DNA of 64,000 bases from an uncultured delta proteobacterium. GTDB lineage: Bacteria > Desulfobacterota > RBG-13-43-22. Both the position numbers and the translations under genes were made by a program. How positions within the stretch are numbered: position 1 is the first letter of the stretch; each line of letters starts with the position of its first letter. This document shows positions 9,705-18,483 of this stretch, piece after piece. The notes below the pieces were generated by a model that saw nothing but the letters and a program-made list of their open reading frames with translations, did not search any database and was not told where the DNA came from. The DNA is taken from positions 480,001 through 544,000 of the forward strand of contig CAWJJC010000020.1 of assembly GCA_963843145.1 (NCBI GenBank), written 5' to 3'.

Positions 9705-9752
9705 ACCTTCCCCCTCTCCCCTAGGTGGGGGGAGAGGGCGGGGTGGGGGGGT
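9705..9752. repeat. Palindromic intergenic element (CCCTCTCCCC...GGGGAGAGGG type)
   Basis: CCCTCTCCCC-taggtg-GGGGAGAGGG inverted repeat. Confidence 0.55.
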
Positions 9753-10463
9753 ATGCTCGATTTTTTTAGAAGCAAAAAAACAAAATTTAACGCCGGAGCC
9801 CCTCCGGGGGCCGTGGTTGAAGCCGGACTCCCGATCAATGAAATCCGCGCCGTGGTCCTGGACACCGAACTGACCGGTCTGGACCGAAAACGGGACGCTA
9901 TCGTTTCCATCGGGGCGGTCAAAATGGTCGGGGGCCGGATCGAAATGGGCCACACCTTTTACCAGTTGGTGAACCCCAACAAGGTGATGAAGCCGGAGAG
10001 TGTGGTCGTCCATGAGATCACCCCCTCCGAGGTCGTTGAAAAGCCAGATATCGGCCCGGTCCTGGCAGAATTCCTGACCTTCTGCAACGGAGACATCCTG
10101 ATCGGTCATTATATCAACATGGACCTGGCCTTCATCAACCGGGAGTTAAAGAAGACCTTGGGCCGAACCCTGAAGAATCCGGCCCTGGACACCATGGCCC
10201 TGATGCACTGGTGGCGTTCCAACACCCCCCAGCATGGCCCGAGCTCCTTTACGGCCCAAAATTTTGAGTTGGTGGCCATCGCCAAGGAATTGGCCATACC
10301 GGTCCAGGGGGCGCACAACGCCCTCATGGACGCCTTTATGACCGCGCAGGTTTTTCAACGGTTGCTCCCGAGGCTGGAGCAATCAGGCCTGCGGACCCTG
10401 GGGGAGCTGCTGCGGGCGGGAGATCCGGCCCGCAAGCTGCGGCAGGCCGGGGCGATGATTTGA
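9753..10463 (+). CDS. DEDDh 3'-5' exonuclease (DNA polymerase III epsilon-like)
   Basis: VLDTELTG, GHYINMD, HNALMDA. This is the usual partner of DUF294 proteins. Confidence 0.9.
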   Translation: MLDFFRSKKTKFNAGAPPGAVVEAGLPINEIRAVVLDTELTGLDRKRDAIVSIGAVKMVGGRIEMGHTFYQLVNPNKVMKPESVVVHEITPSEVVEKPDIGPVLAEFLTFCNGDILIGHYINMDLAFINRELKKTLGRTLKNPALDTMALMHWWRSNTPQHGPSSFTAQNFELVAIAKELAIPVQGAHNALMDAFMTAQVFQRLLPRLEQSGLRTLGELLRAGDPARKLRQAGAMI

Positions 10464-10647
10464 TGGAACCCGTCCTTTCCTTTTCCCAGGGGAGGAGAAA
10501 AGGGGACCGTTTAGGCAAACACAGTTAAATGAATCAGCGGAAGGAGGTGAACTGGAGGAGAGAGGAGGGGAAAACTTTTTTGGAGTCAACCGCAAGGCCC
10601 GGTTTAACTAAACAGGGCCGAAAACGCACACCATCAAAGGAGGTTTT

Positions 10648-10905
10648 ATGGCTACAAGAGATTTAAAGGCCTACTGGAAGGAGAATCTTACCTACGTGTT
10701 CATTCTCCTGGCTATCTGGTTTGCTGTGTCCTACCTCTTCGGCATCATCCTGGTCAACCAACTGGGTAGCGTCTACCTGGGCGGTTTCCCGCTGGGGTTC
10801 TGGTTCGCCAACCAGGGATCGGAGGTCATCTTTGTCCTCCTGATCCTGGTTTACGTAAAACTGATGAATGCCCTGGATCGAAAATACGACGTCCATGAAA
10901 AGTAG
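10648..10905 (+). CDS. DUF4212 small membrane protein (symporter-associated)
   Basis: AYWKEN...GGFPLGFWFANQGS. AAGGAGG RBS; directly precedes the symporter. Confidence 0.9.
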   Translation: MATRDLKAYWKENLTYVFILLAIWFAVSYLFGIILVNQLGSVYLGGFPLGFWFANQGSEVIFVLLILVYVKLMNALDRKYDVHEK

Positions 10906-10938
10906 TTTTCCACACTTCGCTATAGAAAGGAGTATCTT

Positions 10939-12723
10939 ATGGGTATATTAGCTTGGACTTGGGTGATTGTCGGCCTGTCATTCGCCCTGTATATATCGAT
11001 CGCCTGGTACGCCAAGGCCAAAACCACCGGCGACTTCTACGTGGCCGAACGGCAGATCCATCCGGTCTTGAACGGGATGGCCACCGGGGCGGACTGGATG
11101 TCCGCGGCCTCCTTCATCTCCATGGCCGGTCTGATTTCCTTCCTCGGCCGGGACGGTTCCATGTACCTCATGGGCTGGACCGGCGGCTATGTCCTCCTGG
11201 CCATGCTTCTGGCCCCTTATCTGCGCAAGTACGGGAAGTTCACCGTACCCATGTTCGTCAAGGAGCGCTATTACTCCGATGCGGCCCGGGTCGTGGCCGT
11301 CTTCTGCGCCATCTTCGTGTCTTTTACTTACGTGGCCGGCCAGATGCGCGGCGTGGGCATTGTCTTCTCCCGCTTTTTGGAAGTGCCGATCAACACGGGC
11401 GTGCTGATCGGCATGGCCATCGTCTTTTTCTACGCCGTCACCGGCGGCATGAAAGGCATCACCTACACCCAGGTGGCCCAGTACTGCGTCTTGATCGTGG
11501 CCTACATGATCCCGGCCATCTTCATCTCCATCATGCTCACCGGTTGGCCCATCCCCCAGATCGGTTACGGCAGCAGCTTAAGCCAGGGCGGGCAGGCGCT
11601 TTTAGGTACCTCGCCGGGATACCTGCTGGATAAGCTGGACGGACTGCAGATAGAACTGGGCTTTAAGGCCTACACCGGCCAGGGGGCCAAGAGTCTGCTC
11701 GACGTCTTCATGATCACCTTCGCCCTGATGGTCGGAACGGCCGGGCTGCCCCACATCATCATCCGCTTTTTCACCACCCCGACGATCAAGGGCGCCCGGG
11801 CCTCGGCCGGCTGGGCCCTCTTCTTCATCGCCCTGCTCTACACCACCGCCCCGGCCGTGGCCGCCTTCGCCCGGACCAACCTGATCCTGACCTTAAACAA
11901 CAAAAACTACGCTGACGCGCCTTCCTGGTTCAAGAACTGGGAGATGACCGGTCTCGTCGCCTGGAAAGACAAGAACGGGGACGGCAAAATCCAGTTCGCC
12001 CCGGGAAACGCCTTTAAGGGCAAAGTGGCTTTTTCCAAGGAAAAAGGCCAATACGGAGAACGGGTAGTTACCACGCCTTTCGATGACAAGAGTAAAAACG
12101 AACTGTACATCGACAACGACATCGTCGTGCTGGCCAACCCGGAAATCGCCAAACTACCAAACTGGGTAGTGGCCCTGGTGGCCGCCGGCGGGCTGGCCGC
12201 GGCCCTGTCCACCGCGGCCGGTTTGCTCCTGGTCATTGCCTCGGCCATCTCCCACGACCTGATCAAGGGCATTATTCGCAAGGACATTTCCGAGAAGGGA
12301 GAACTGACCTGGGCCCGGAGCGCCGCCGGCGCGGCGGTCATCGTTGCCGGCTACTTCGGCATCAACCCCCCCGGCTTCGTGGCTCAGGTGGTGGCCTTTG
12401 CCTTCGGTCTGGCCGCCTCCTCCTTCTTCCCCCTGATCATCATGGGGATCTTCTGGAAGCGGGCCACCAAGGCCGGGGCCATCCTGGGCATGGCCAGCGG
12501 CATCGTCTTTACCGCCATCTACATCATCTACTTCAAGTTCGTCAACCCGGGGGTCAACAATGCCGCTCATTGGTTATGGGGCATCTCTCCGGAAGGCATC
12601 GGCACCATCGGGATGGCCCTTAACTTCATCGTGATGTATGTGGTTTCCCTGATCACCCCCCCGCCTCCGCAGGAGGTCCAGGACATGGTCGAGCGGATCC
12701 GTTATCCGAGGGAGCTGGCCTAA
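10939..12723 (+). CDS. actP: Cation/acetate symporter, ActP-like sodium:solute symporter
   Basis: NGMATGADWMSAASFIS, GTAGLPHIIIRFFT, AALSTAAGLL; located next to acs. Confidence 0.85.
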   Translation: MGILAWTWVIVGLSFALYISIAWYAKAKTTGDFYVAERQIHPVLNGMATGADWMSAASFISMAGLISFLGRDGSMYLMGWTGGYVLLAMLLAPYLRKYGKFTVPMFVKERYYSDAARVVAVFCAIFVSFTYVAGQMRGVGIVFSRFLEVPINTGVLIGMAIVFFYAVTGGMKGITYTQVAQYCVLIVAYMIPAIFISIMLTGWPIPQIGYGSSLSQGGQALLGTSPGYLLDKLDGLQIELGFKAYTGQGAKSLLDVFMITFALMVGTAGLPHIIIRFFTTPTIKGARASAGWALFFIALLYTTAPAVAAFARTNLILTLNNKNYADAPSWFKNWEMTGLVAWKDKNGDGKIQFAPGNAFKGKVAFSKEKGQYGERVVTTPFDDKSKNELYIDNDIVVLANPEIAKLPNWVVALVAAGGLAAALSTAAGLLLVIASAISHDLIKGIIRKDISEKGELTWARSAAGAAVIVAGYFGINPPGFVAQVVAFAFGLAASSFFPLIIMGIFWKRATKAGAILGMASGIVFTAIYIIYFKFVNPGVNNAAHWLWGISPEGIGTIGMALNFIVMYVVSLITPPPPQEVQDMVERIRYPRELA

Positions 12724-12757
12724 GCCAAAACCAAAGATAGCTCTATTTTAATCCCAC

Positions 12758-12800
12758 TCCTTCCTACCCTCCCCCCCGCCCGGAGGGAGGGTAGGAAGGA
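12758..12800. terminator. 16-bp perfect stem-loop after actP
   Basis: TCCTTCCTACCCTCCC / GGGAGGGTAGGAAGGA; there is no clean U-tract. Confidence 0.55.
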
Positions 12801-12869
12801 ATAGTAATTGATAATCAACCATTAACTAATATTTATTAAAAGAGCGATTAAACCAGCCCATCCGGCTCA

Positions 12870-13150
12870 GCCGACATCGGCTGGGTGACCGGGCACAGCA
12901 CCATTGTCTACGGGTCGTTATCCGCCGGGGCCACCAGCCTGATCTTCGAGGGCATCCCCACCTATCCCCAGGCCGGCCGGTTCTAAGACATCGTGGACAC
13001 CCGGTGGCAGACCGAGAACGGGGGGATACTGATCACGCCGTTACCCGGGGCCATGACCTTGAAACCCGGTTTGGCCACCCGTCCCTTTCCCGGGGTCTTC
13101 CCCAAGATCATCCAGGAGGACGGTTCGGCGGCCAAGGCCAACAAGGTGAG
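12870..13150 (+). pseudogene. Relic of an acetyl-CoA synthetase gene
   Basis: Translates as [66 protein letters not shown]. It has an in-frame stop, an internal deletion, and no gene start or end. Confidence 0.85.
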
Positions 13151-13218
13151 CAAGCGAGAAAATTGGCAAGGCTGTAATTGTTAGCCTGAAAAAAATATAA
13201 AAAGGAGTGAAAAAAACT

Positions 13219-15267
13219 ATGGCTGAAAAAGAAGAAAAAGGCGTTGAAGCGTCCGAAGCTGAAATAGCGGTGCATTGGCAGGAAGAAGGGTTGGTTTATC
13301 CTTCGGTGAAGTTCATTGCCCAGGCCAACATGACCGATGAATCGATCTATGATCGTTTTTCATTGGAAAATTTTCCCAACTGTTTCAAAGAATATGCCGA
13401 TATGCTGACCTGGTACAAGTACTGGGACGAAATCCTCGATACCAGTGATGCCCCCTGTTACAAATGGTTTAAGGGCGGCTTGATCAATGCCAGCTACAAC
13501 TGTATTGACCGGCATCTGGCCCAGTATAAGAACAAAACCGCGATCCACTTCGTCCCGGAGCTGGAGAATGAGAAGACCGAGCATGTCACCTACCAGGAGT
13601 TGTATGTCCGGGTGAATGAGTTTGCCGCCATCCTGCAGAATGAATGCGGACTGAAGGCCGGGGACCGGGTCACCCTGCATTTGCCCATGGTGGCCGAACT
13701 ACCCATCACGATGCTGGCCTGCGCCAGACTGGGCGTTATTCATTCTCAGGTCTTCGGCGGGTTCAGCGCCAGGGCCTGCGCCGACCGGATCGTGGACTCG
13801 GGAAGTGAATACCTGATCACGATGGACGCCTATTATCGATCCGGCCAGCTTCAAGAACATAAAGAAAAGGCGGATATTGCCCTGGCCGAGGCGGCCAAAG
13901 ACGGACAGCAGGTCAAAAAGGTCCTGGTCTGGCAGCGCTATCCCGGCAAGTATTCTTCGAAGATCCCGATGGTGGAAGGGCGCGACTTTTTTGTCAATGA
14001 CCTGCTGAAAAAGTATTACGGCGCCCGGATTGAGCCGGTCAAGATGCCCGCGGAAGCGCCGCTGTTTCTCATGTATACCAGCGGCACCACCGGAAAGCCC
14101 AAAGGCGCCCAGCACAGTACCGGGGGTTATCTGGCGTATGTCACCGGCACCTCGAAATACGTTCAGGATATTCATCCGGAAGACGTTTACTGGTGTATGG
14201 CGGACATCGGCTGGATTACGGGCCATTCCTACATTGTTTATGGTCCGCTGGCCTTAGCGGCCTCCACGGTTATTTATGAAGGCGTCCCTACCTATCCGGA
14301 TGCCGGCCGATCCTGGAGGATTGCTCAGGACCTCGACGTGAATATATTCCACACCGCACCGACGGCCATCCGGGCACTAAGAAAGGTCGGTCCTGACGAG
14401 CCGAAGAAATACAATTATCACTTCAAGCATATGACCACCGTGGGTGAGCCGATTGAGCCTGAAGTCTGGAGATGGTATTATAAGGAGGTCGGCAAAGGCG
14501 AGGCGATCATTGTGGATACCTGGTGGCAGACCGAAAACGGCGGTTTCCTGTGCAGCACCCTCCCGGCCATTAAGCCCATGAAGCCCGGCAGTGCCGGCCC
14601 GGGTATGCCCGGTATCCATCCGATCGTTTATGACAATGACGGCAACGTCGTTCCAGCAGGATCAGGCAAGGCCGGCAACATCTGCATCCAAAACCCGTGG
14701 CCCGGCATGTTCCAGACCATCTGGGGAGACCGCGACCGTTTTGTCAAGACTTATTTTGAAAGATACTGCAAAGACCCAAAGAGCAAGCGGTGGCAGGATT
14801 GGCCATATCTGACCGGTGATGCCGCGGTGGTGGCTGAGGACGGTTATGTCCGCATCCTCGGTAGAATTGACGATGTGATCAATGTTTCCGGTCACCGACT
14901 GGGGACCAAGGAGATTGAGTCCGCGGCTTTGACCCACCCGGATGTGGCCGAGGCGGCCGTTGTTCCGGTGAAGCATGAGGTCAAAGGCAAGGAACCGGAT
15001 CTGTATATCGCCTTGAAACCCGGCAGAACAGCCTCTGATGAACTGGCCAAAGCCATATCCCAGTGTATCGTCAAGGAAATCGGTGCCATCGCCAGGCCGA
15101 GAAAGGTATGGATTGTCGCTGACATGCCCAAGACCCGGTCGGGAAAGATCATGCGTCGTGTACTGGGCGCTATTTCCAACCACACGGATGTCGGCGATGT
15201 GATGACCCTGGCCAATCCTGAAATCGTCGAGGCCATTCTGAAGATGAATAAGGAATCCGGAGTGTAA
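13219..15267 (+). CDS. acs: Acetyl-CoA synthetase (AMP-forming)
   Basis: YTSGTTGKPKG, ADIGWITGHSY, DTWWQTE, GRIDDV, PKTRSGKIMRR. Confidence 0.95.
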   Translation: MAEKEEKGVEASEAEIAVHWQEEGLVYPSVKFIAQANMTDESIYDRFSLENFPNCFKEYADMLTWYKYWDEILDTSDAPCYKWFKGGLINASYNCIDRHLAQYKNKTAIHFVPELENEKTEHVTYQELYVRVNEFAAILQNECGLKAGDRVTLHLPMVAELPITMLACARLGVIHSQVFGGFSARACADRIVDSGSEYLITMDAYYRSGQLQEHKEKADIALAEAAKDGQQVKKVLVWQRYPGKYSSKIPMVEGRDFFVNDLLKKYYGARIEPVKMPAEAPLFLMYTSGTTGKPKGAQHSTGGYLAYVTGTSKYVQDIHPEDVYWCMADIGWITGHSYIVYGPLALAASTVIYEGVPTYPDAGRSWRIAQDLDVNIFHTAPTAIRALRKVGPDEPKKYNYHFKHMTTVGEPIEPEVWRWYYKEVGKGEAIIVDTWWQTENGGFLCSTLPAIKPMKPGSAGPGMPGIHPIVYDNDGNVVPAGSGKAGNICIQNPWPGMFQTIWGDRDRFVKTYFERYCKDPKSKRWQDWPYLTGDAAVVAEDGYVRILGRIDDVINVSGHRLGTKEIESAALTHPDVAEAAVVPVKHEVKGKEPDLYIALKPGRTASDELAKAISQCIVKEIGAIARPRKVWIVADMPKTRSGKIMRRVLGAISNHTDVGDVMTLANPEIVEAILKMNKESGV

Positions 15268-15351
15268 GCCGCCGTTCGAAGGGTAACTATTTCTCCGCAG
15301 GGTATAAAGAGTGAAAACATCATTTGTCTTTTGACCCATTTCAGGTTTTTT

Positions 15352-15470
15352 CGTCATGCCGGACTCGATCCGGCATCCAGGGAATTTGAAGCTTGGACGA
15401 ACCCGGATTCCGGCCCTTCGACAAAGCTCATGGCCCTGAGCAAGCCGAAGGGCTTCCGTCGGAATGACGA
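15352..15470. repeat. Nested palindromic (MITE/REP-like) element
   Basis: Outer CGTCATGCCGG...CGGAATGACG with an inner GCCCTTCG...CGAAGGGC palindrome at 15413-15453. Confidence 0.6.
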
Positions 15471-15779
15471 TTTTATTCCTGGCCAGTACATTTTTTCATT
15501 CTTCGGGGTGCCCGTCCCGGGCATGGGGGTTTAGCAGATAACTTTCCTTATCAAAGTCCCCCTTGGAAGAAGGGAGGACGGGCAGGATTTTGAAAAAATG
15601 AAAGCCGGGAGCGTTATTGGCAAAGCGTCTCTCCGCGGGAGGACGATTGTTGGCGGGTACACCACCGTTCGGCAACCGACCTCCCCTTCTCCGGCAGGCC
15701 GGGAGGGTGGATCGATTCACCCTCCCCGGCCTGCTCCTCCAATAAACCGGGTTGGGAATGCTCCCTGAGGAAGGGCCTT

Positions 15780-16334
15780 ATGGTAGATAAATTTCTCATT
15801 AGAAAAGGCGCGGTCATTTTAGTCCTCATCGATATCCAAGAGAAACTGGCCGCCGCCATGAAAAAAAGGGAAACGGTGACGGCCAATTGCCTCCACCTGG
15901 TGGAACTGGCCAAGCTCCTGGGAATCCCTATTCTGCTGACCGAACAATACCCTCGAGGGCTGGGTCCCACCCTGGATGAAATCAAAACGGCCCTGCCGCT
16001 GTACGAGCCCTTTGAGAAAACCGCCTTTGACTGCTGCCGAGAGATCGGTTTCATCGAAAAGGTAGCGGCCTCCGGAAGGCAAAAAATCCTGCTGACCGGC
16101 ATGGAGACCCACATTTGTGTCCTCCAGACCGCGCTGGGTTTGATCCAGGCCGGCTATGCCGTCCAGGTCATCCAGGATGCCTGCTGTTCCCGGACCAAGG
16201 ATAATTTTAAAATCGGCCTGGAATGGCTGCGCGACGCCGGGGCGGTCATCACCGGAACGGAAACGGTTCTATTTCAACTGCTGGAAAAGGCCGGAACCGA
16301 GCCTTTCAAAGTGATTTCGAAAAGAATAAAGTAA
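15780..16334 (+). CDS. Isochorismatase-family cysteine hydrolase
   Basis: LIDIQEKL, TEQYPRGLGPT, EKTAF, GMETHICVLQT. Confidence 0.9.
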   Translation: MVDKFLIRKGAVILVLIDIQEKLAAAMKKRETVTANCLHLVELAKLLGIPILLTEQYPRGLGPTLDEIKTALPLYEPFEKTAFDCCREIGFIEKVAASGRQKILLTGMETHICVLQTALGLIQAGYAVQVIQDACCSRTKDNFKIGLEWLRDAGAVITGTETVLFQLLEKAGTEPFKVISKRIK

Positions 16335-16344
16335 GGAGGTCTAC

Positions 16345-18246
16345 ATGACGTATAAGGAACTGTACCGGGAATCGATTGAAAAACCCGATTCTTTCTGGGG
16401 AAGGGCGGCGGAAGAGATCGTCTGGGATCGGAAATGGGACCAGGTCCTGGACGATTCCCGGAAACCCTTTTACCGCTGGTTTAAAGGGGGCCGGCTGAAC
16501 ACTTGTTTTAATGCCGTCGATGTCCACGTCCAGCAGGGGCGGGGCAGCCAGCCGGCCCTGATCTACGACAGCCCGGTCACCAACACGATTCAAACGACCA
16601 CCTATCAGGAACTTCTGGACCGGGTTTCCCGGATTGCCGGTTTTCTAAAAGCACTGGGGGTCCAAAAAGGGGATACGGTGATCGTCTATATGCCCATGAT
16701 CCCGGAAGCCGTCCTGTCCATGCTGGCCTGTGCCCGCCTGGGGGCCATCCATTCCGTGGTCTTCGGGGGGTTTGCCCCCCGGGAGCTGGCCATCCGCATC
16801 GATGACGCCAAACCTAAGGTCATCCTCTCCGCTTCCTGCGGAATCGAAGGGCAACGGGTCATTCCTTATAAACCCCTGCTGGATGAAGCCATCCAACTGG
16901 CGGAAAGCAAACCGGAGAAATGCGTCATCTTTCAACGCCCCCAGGCCCCGGCCGACCTGCTCCCCGAGCGCGATCTGGAATGGACCCACCTGGAGGCCCA
17001 GGCCCAGCCGGCCGACTGCGTTTCCGTGGAGGCCACCGATCCCTTGTACATCCTTTACACCTCCGGTACCACCGGCAAGCCCAAGGGGGTGGTCCGGGAC
17101 AACGGCGGCCACGCCGTGGCCTTGAAATGGACCATGAAGCATATTTACAACATCGGTCCGGGCGAGGTTTATTGGGCGGCCTCGGACGTGGGTTGGGTGG
17201 TCGGCCACTCCTATATCGTTTACGGGCCCCTCCTCATGGGCGCCACCTCGATTGTCTATGAAGGCAAGCCGGTGGGCACCCCCGACCCCGGCGCCTTCTG
17301 GCGAGTTATCTCCCAGCACGGCGTCAAGGCCCTGTTTACGGCGCCCACGGCTATCCGGGCCATCAAGCGGGAGGATTCCAAAGGCGAATTCCTGAAGAAA
17401 TACGACCTCTCCAAGTTCGAAACCCTTTTTCTGGCCGGCGAACGCCTCGATCCGGACACCTACCACTGGGCCACCGACCTGCTTAAAAAGCCGGTCATCG
17501 ACCACTGGTGGCAAACCGAAACCGGCTGGGCCATCGCCGGGAACTTCCGGGGGCTGGAACTCTTTCCCATCAAACCCGGATCGGCCACTATGCCCATGCC
17601 CGGCTACAACATCAAAATTCTGGAACCCGCCTCCGGTCAGGAACTGGGGCCCAATGAAAACGGGATGATCGTGGTCAAGCTGCCCCTGCCGCCGGCCAAC
17701 CTGCCCACCCTGTGGCAGGACGATCAACGCTTTCTGAACTCCTATATGAACCCCTATCCCGGGTATTACCTTACCGGAGACGGCGGATATTTGGACGAAG
17801 AGGGGTATGTCTTTGTCATGGGCCGGGTTGATGACGTGATCAACGTGGCCGGGCATCGCCTGTCCACCGGCGGGATGGAAGAGGTCCTCTCTCGCCATCC
17901 CGACGTGGCCGAATGCGCGGTCATGGGGGTGGCCGACGACCTGAAAGGCCAGGTACCGGTGGGAATGATCGTTCTCAAGAGCGGGGTCACCCGCCCGCCG
18001 GAGGAAATCGTCGCCGAAGTCATCCAAATGGTCCGAAAGGATATCGGCGCCGTAGCCTCCTTTAAAAAGGCGGTGGTGGTCAAACGCCTGCCCAAGACCC
18101 GTTCCGGCAAGATCCTCCGCGGGACCATGCGCAAGATCGCCGACGGGGAGGAATTCAAAATCCCCTCCACCATCGACGATCCGGTCATCCTGGATGAGAT
18201 CGGCGACTCCCTGAAGTCCATCGGCTATGGAAAGTCCCCCGCTTAG
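16345..18246 (+). CDS. prpE: Propionyl-CoA synthetase
   Basis: YTSGTTGKPKGVVRDNGGHAVAL, ASDVGWVVGHSY, DHWWQTETGW, LPKTRSGKILR. Confidence 0.9.
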   Translation: MTYKELYRESIEKPDSFWGRAAEEIVWDRKWDQVLDDSRKPFYRWFKGGRLNTCFNAVDVHVQQGRGSQPALIYDSPVTNTIQTTTYQELLDRVSRIAGFLKALGVQKGDTVIVYMPMIPEAVLSMLACARLGAIHSVVFGGFAPRELAIRIDDAKPKVILSASCGIEGQRVIPYKPLLDEAIQLAESKPEKCVIFQRPQAPADLLPERDLEWTHLEAQAQPADCVSVEATDPLYILYTSGTTGKPKGVVRDNGGHAVALKWTMKHIYNIGPGEVYWAASDVGWVVGHSYIVYGPLLMGATSIVYEGKPVGTPDPGAFWRVISQHGVKALFTAPTAIRAIKREDSKGEFLKKYDLSKFETLFLAGERLDPDTYHWATDLLKKPVIDHWWQTETGWAIAGNFRGLELFPIKPGSATMPMPGYNIKILEPASGQELGPNENGMIVVKLPLPPANLPTLWQDDQRFLNSYMNPYPGYYLTGDGGYLDEEGYVFVMGRVDDVINVAGHRLSTGGMEEVLSRHPDVAECAVMGVADDLKGQVPVGMIVLKSGVTRPPEEIVAEVIQMVRKDIGAVASFKKAVVVKRLPKTRSGKILRGTMRKIADGEEFKIPSTIDDPVILDEIGDSLKSIGYGKSPA

Positions 18247-18280
18247 AACACCGGCCAAAAAGGTCCCGCCCCAAACTTAA

Positions 18281-18313
18281 ACCGGAAGTCCCCCGCGGGG
18301 GGGGGCTTCCGGT
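18281..18313. terminator. Stem-loop between convergent prpE and treY
   Basis: ACCGGAAG(T)CCCCC...GGGGG(G)CTTCCGGT. Confidence 0.55.
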
Positions 18314-18327
18314 CCCAGAGAGGCACT

Positions 18328-18368
18328 CAATAATAATTAATAGTTAACAATTGATTATTAATTATTAA
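18328..18368 (+). repeat. AT-rich heptamer tandem element (related copy inverted at 45796-45837; weaker copy ~12804-12840)
   Basis: Units of the form NATT(A/G)A(T/C); aligns with the reverse complement of 45796-45837. Confidence 0.55.
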
Positions 18369-18483
18369 TATAAATAACTTAGGATGTGGAACCGCCCCTT
18401 ATATTTTCAGCTTTCGAGGGTGCCCGCTCCTGGATAAAGGGATTTCCCGCGAAAGAAGCCGGCCTTGGTCGGGAACCCGAATA

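Noticed and set aside
10530-10647. GGA-rich leader before DUF4212 (possible CsrA sites or hidden ORF)
   Set aside because: The GGAs are in a purine run rather than hairpin loops, and no credible ORF follows the AAGGAGG.
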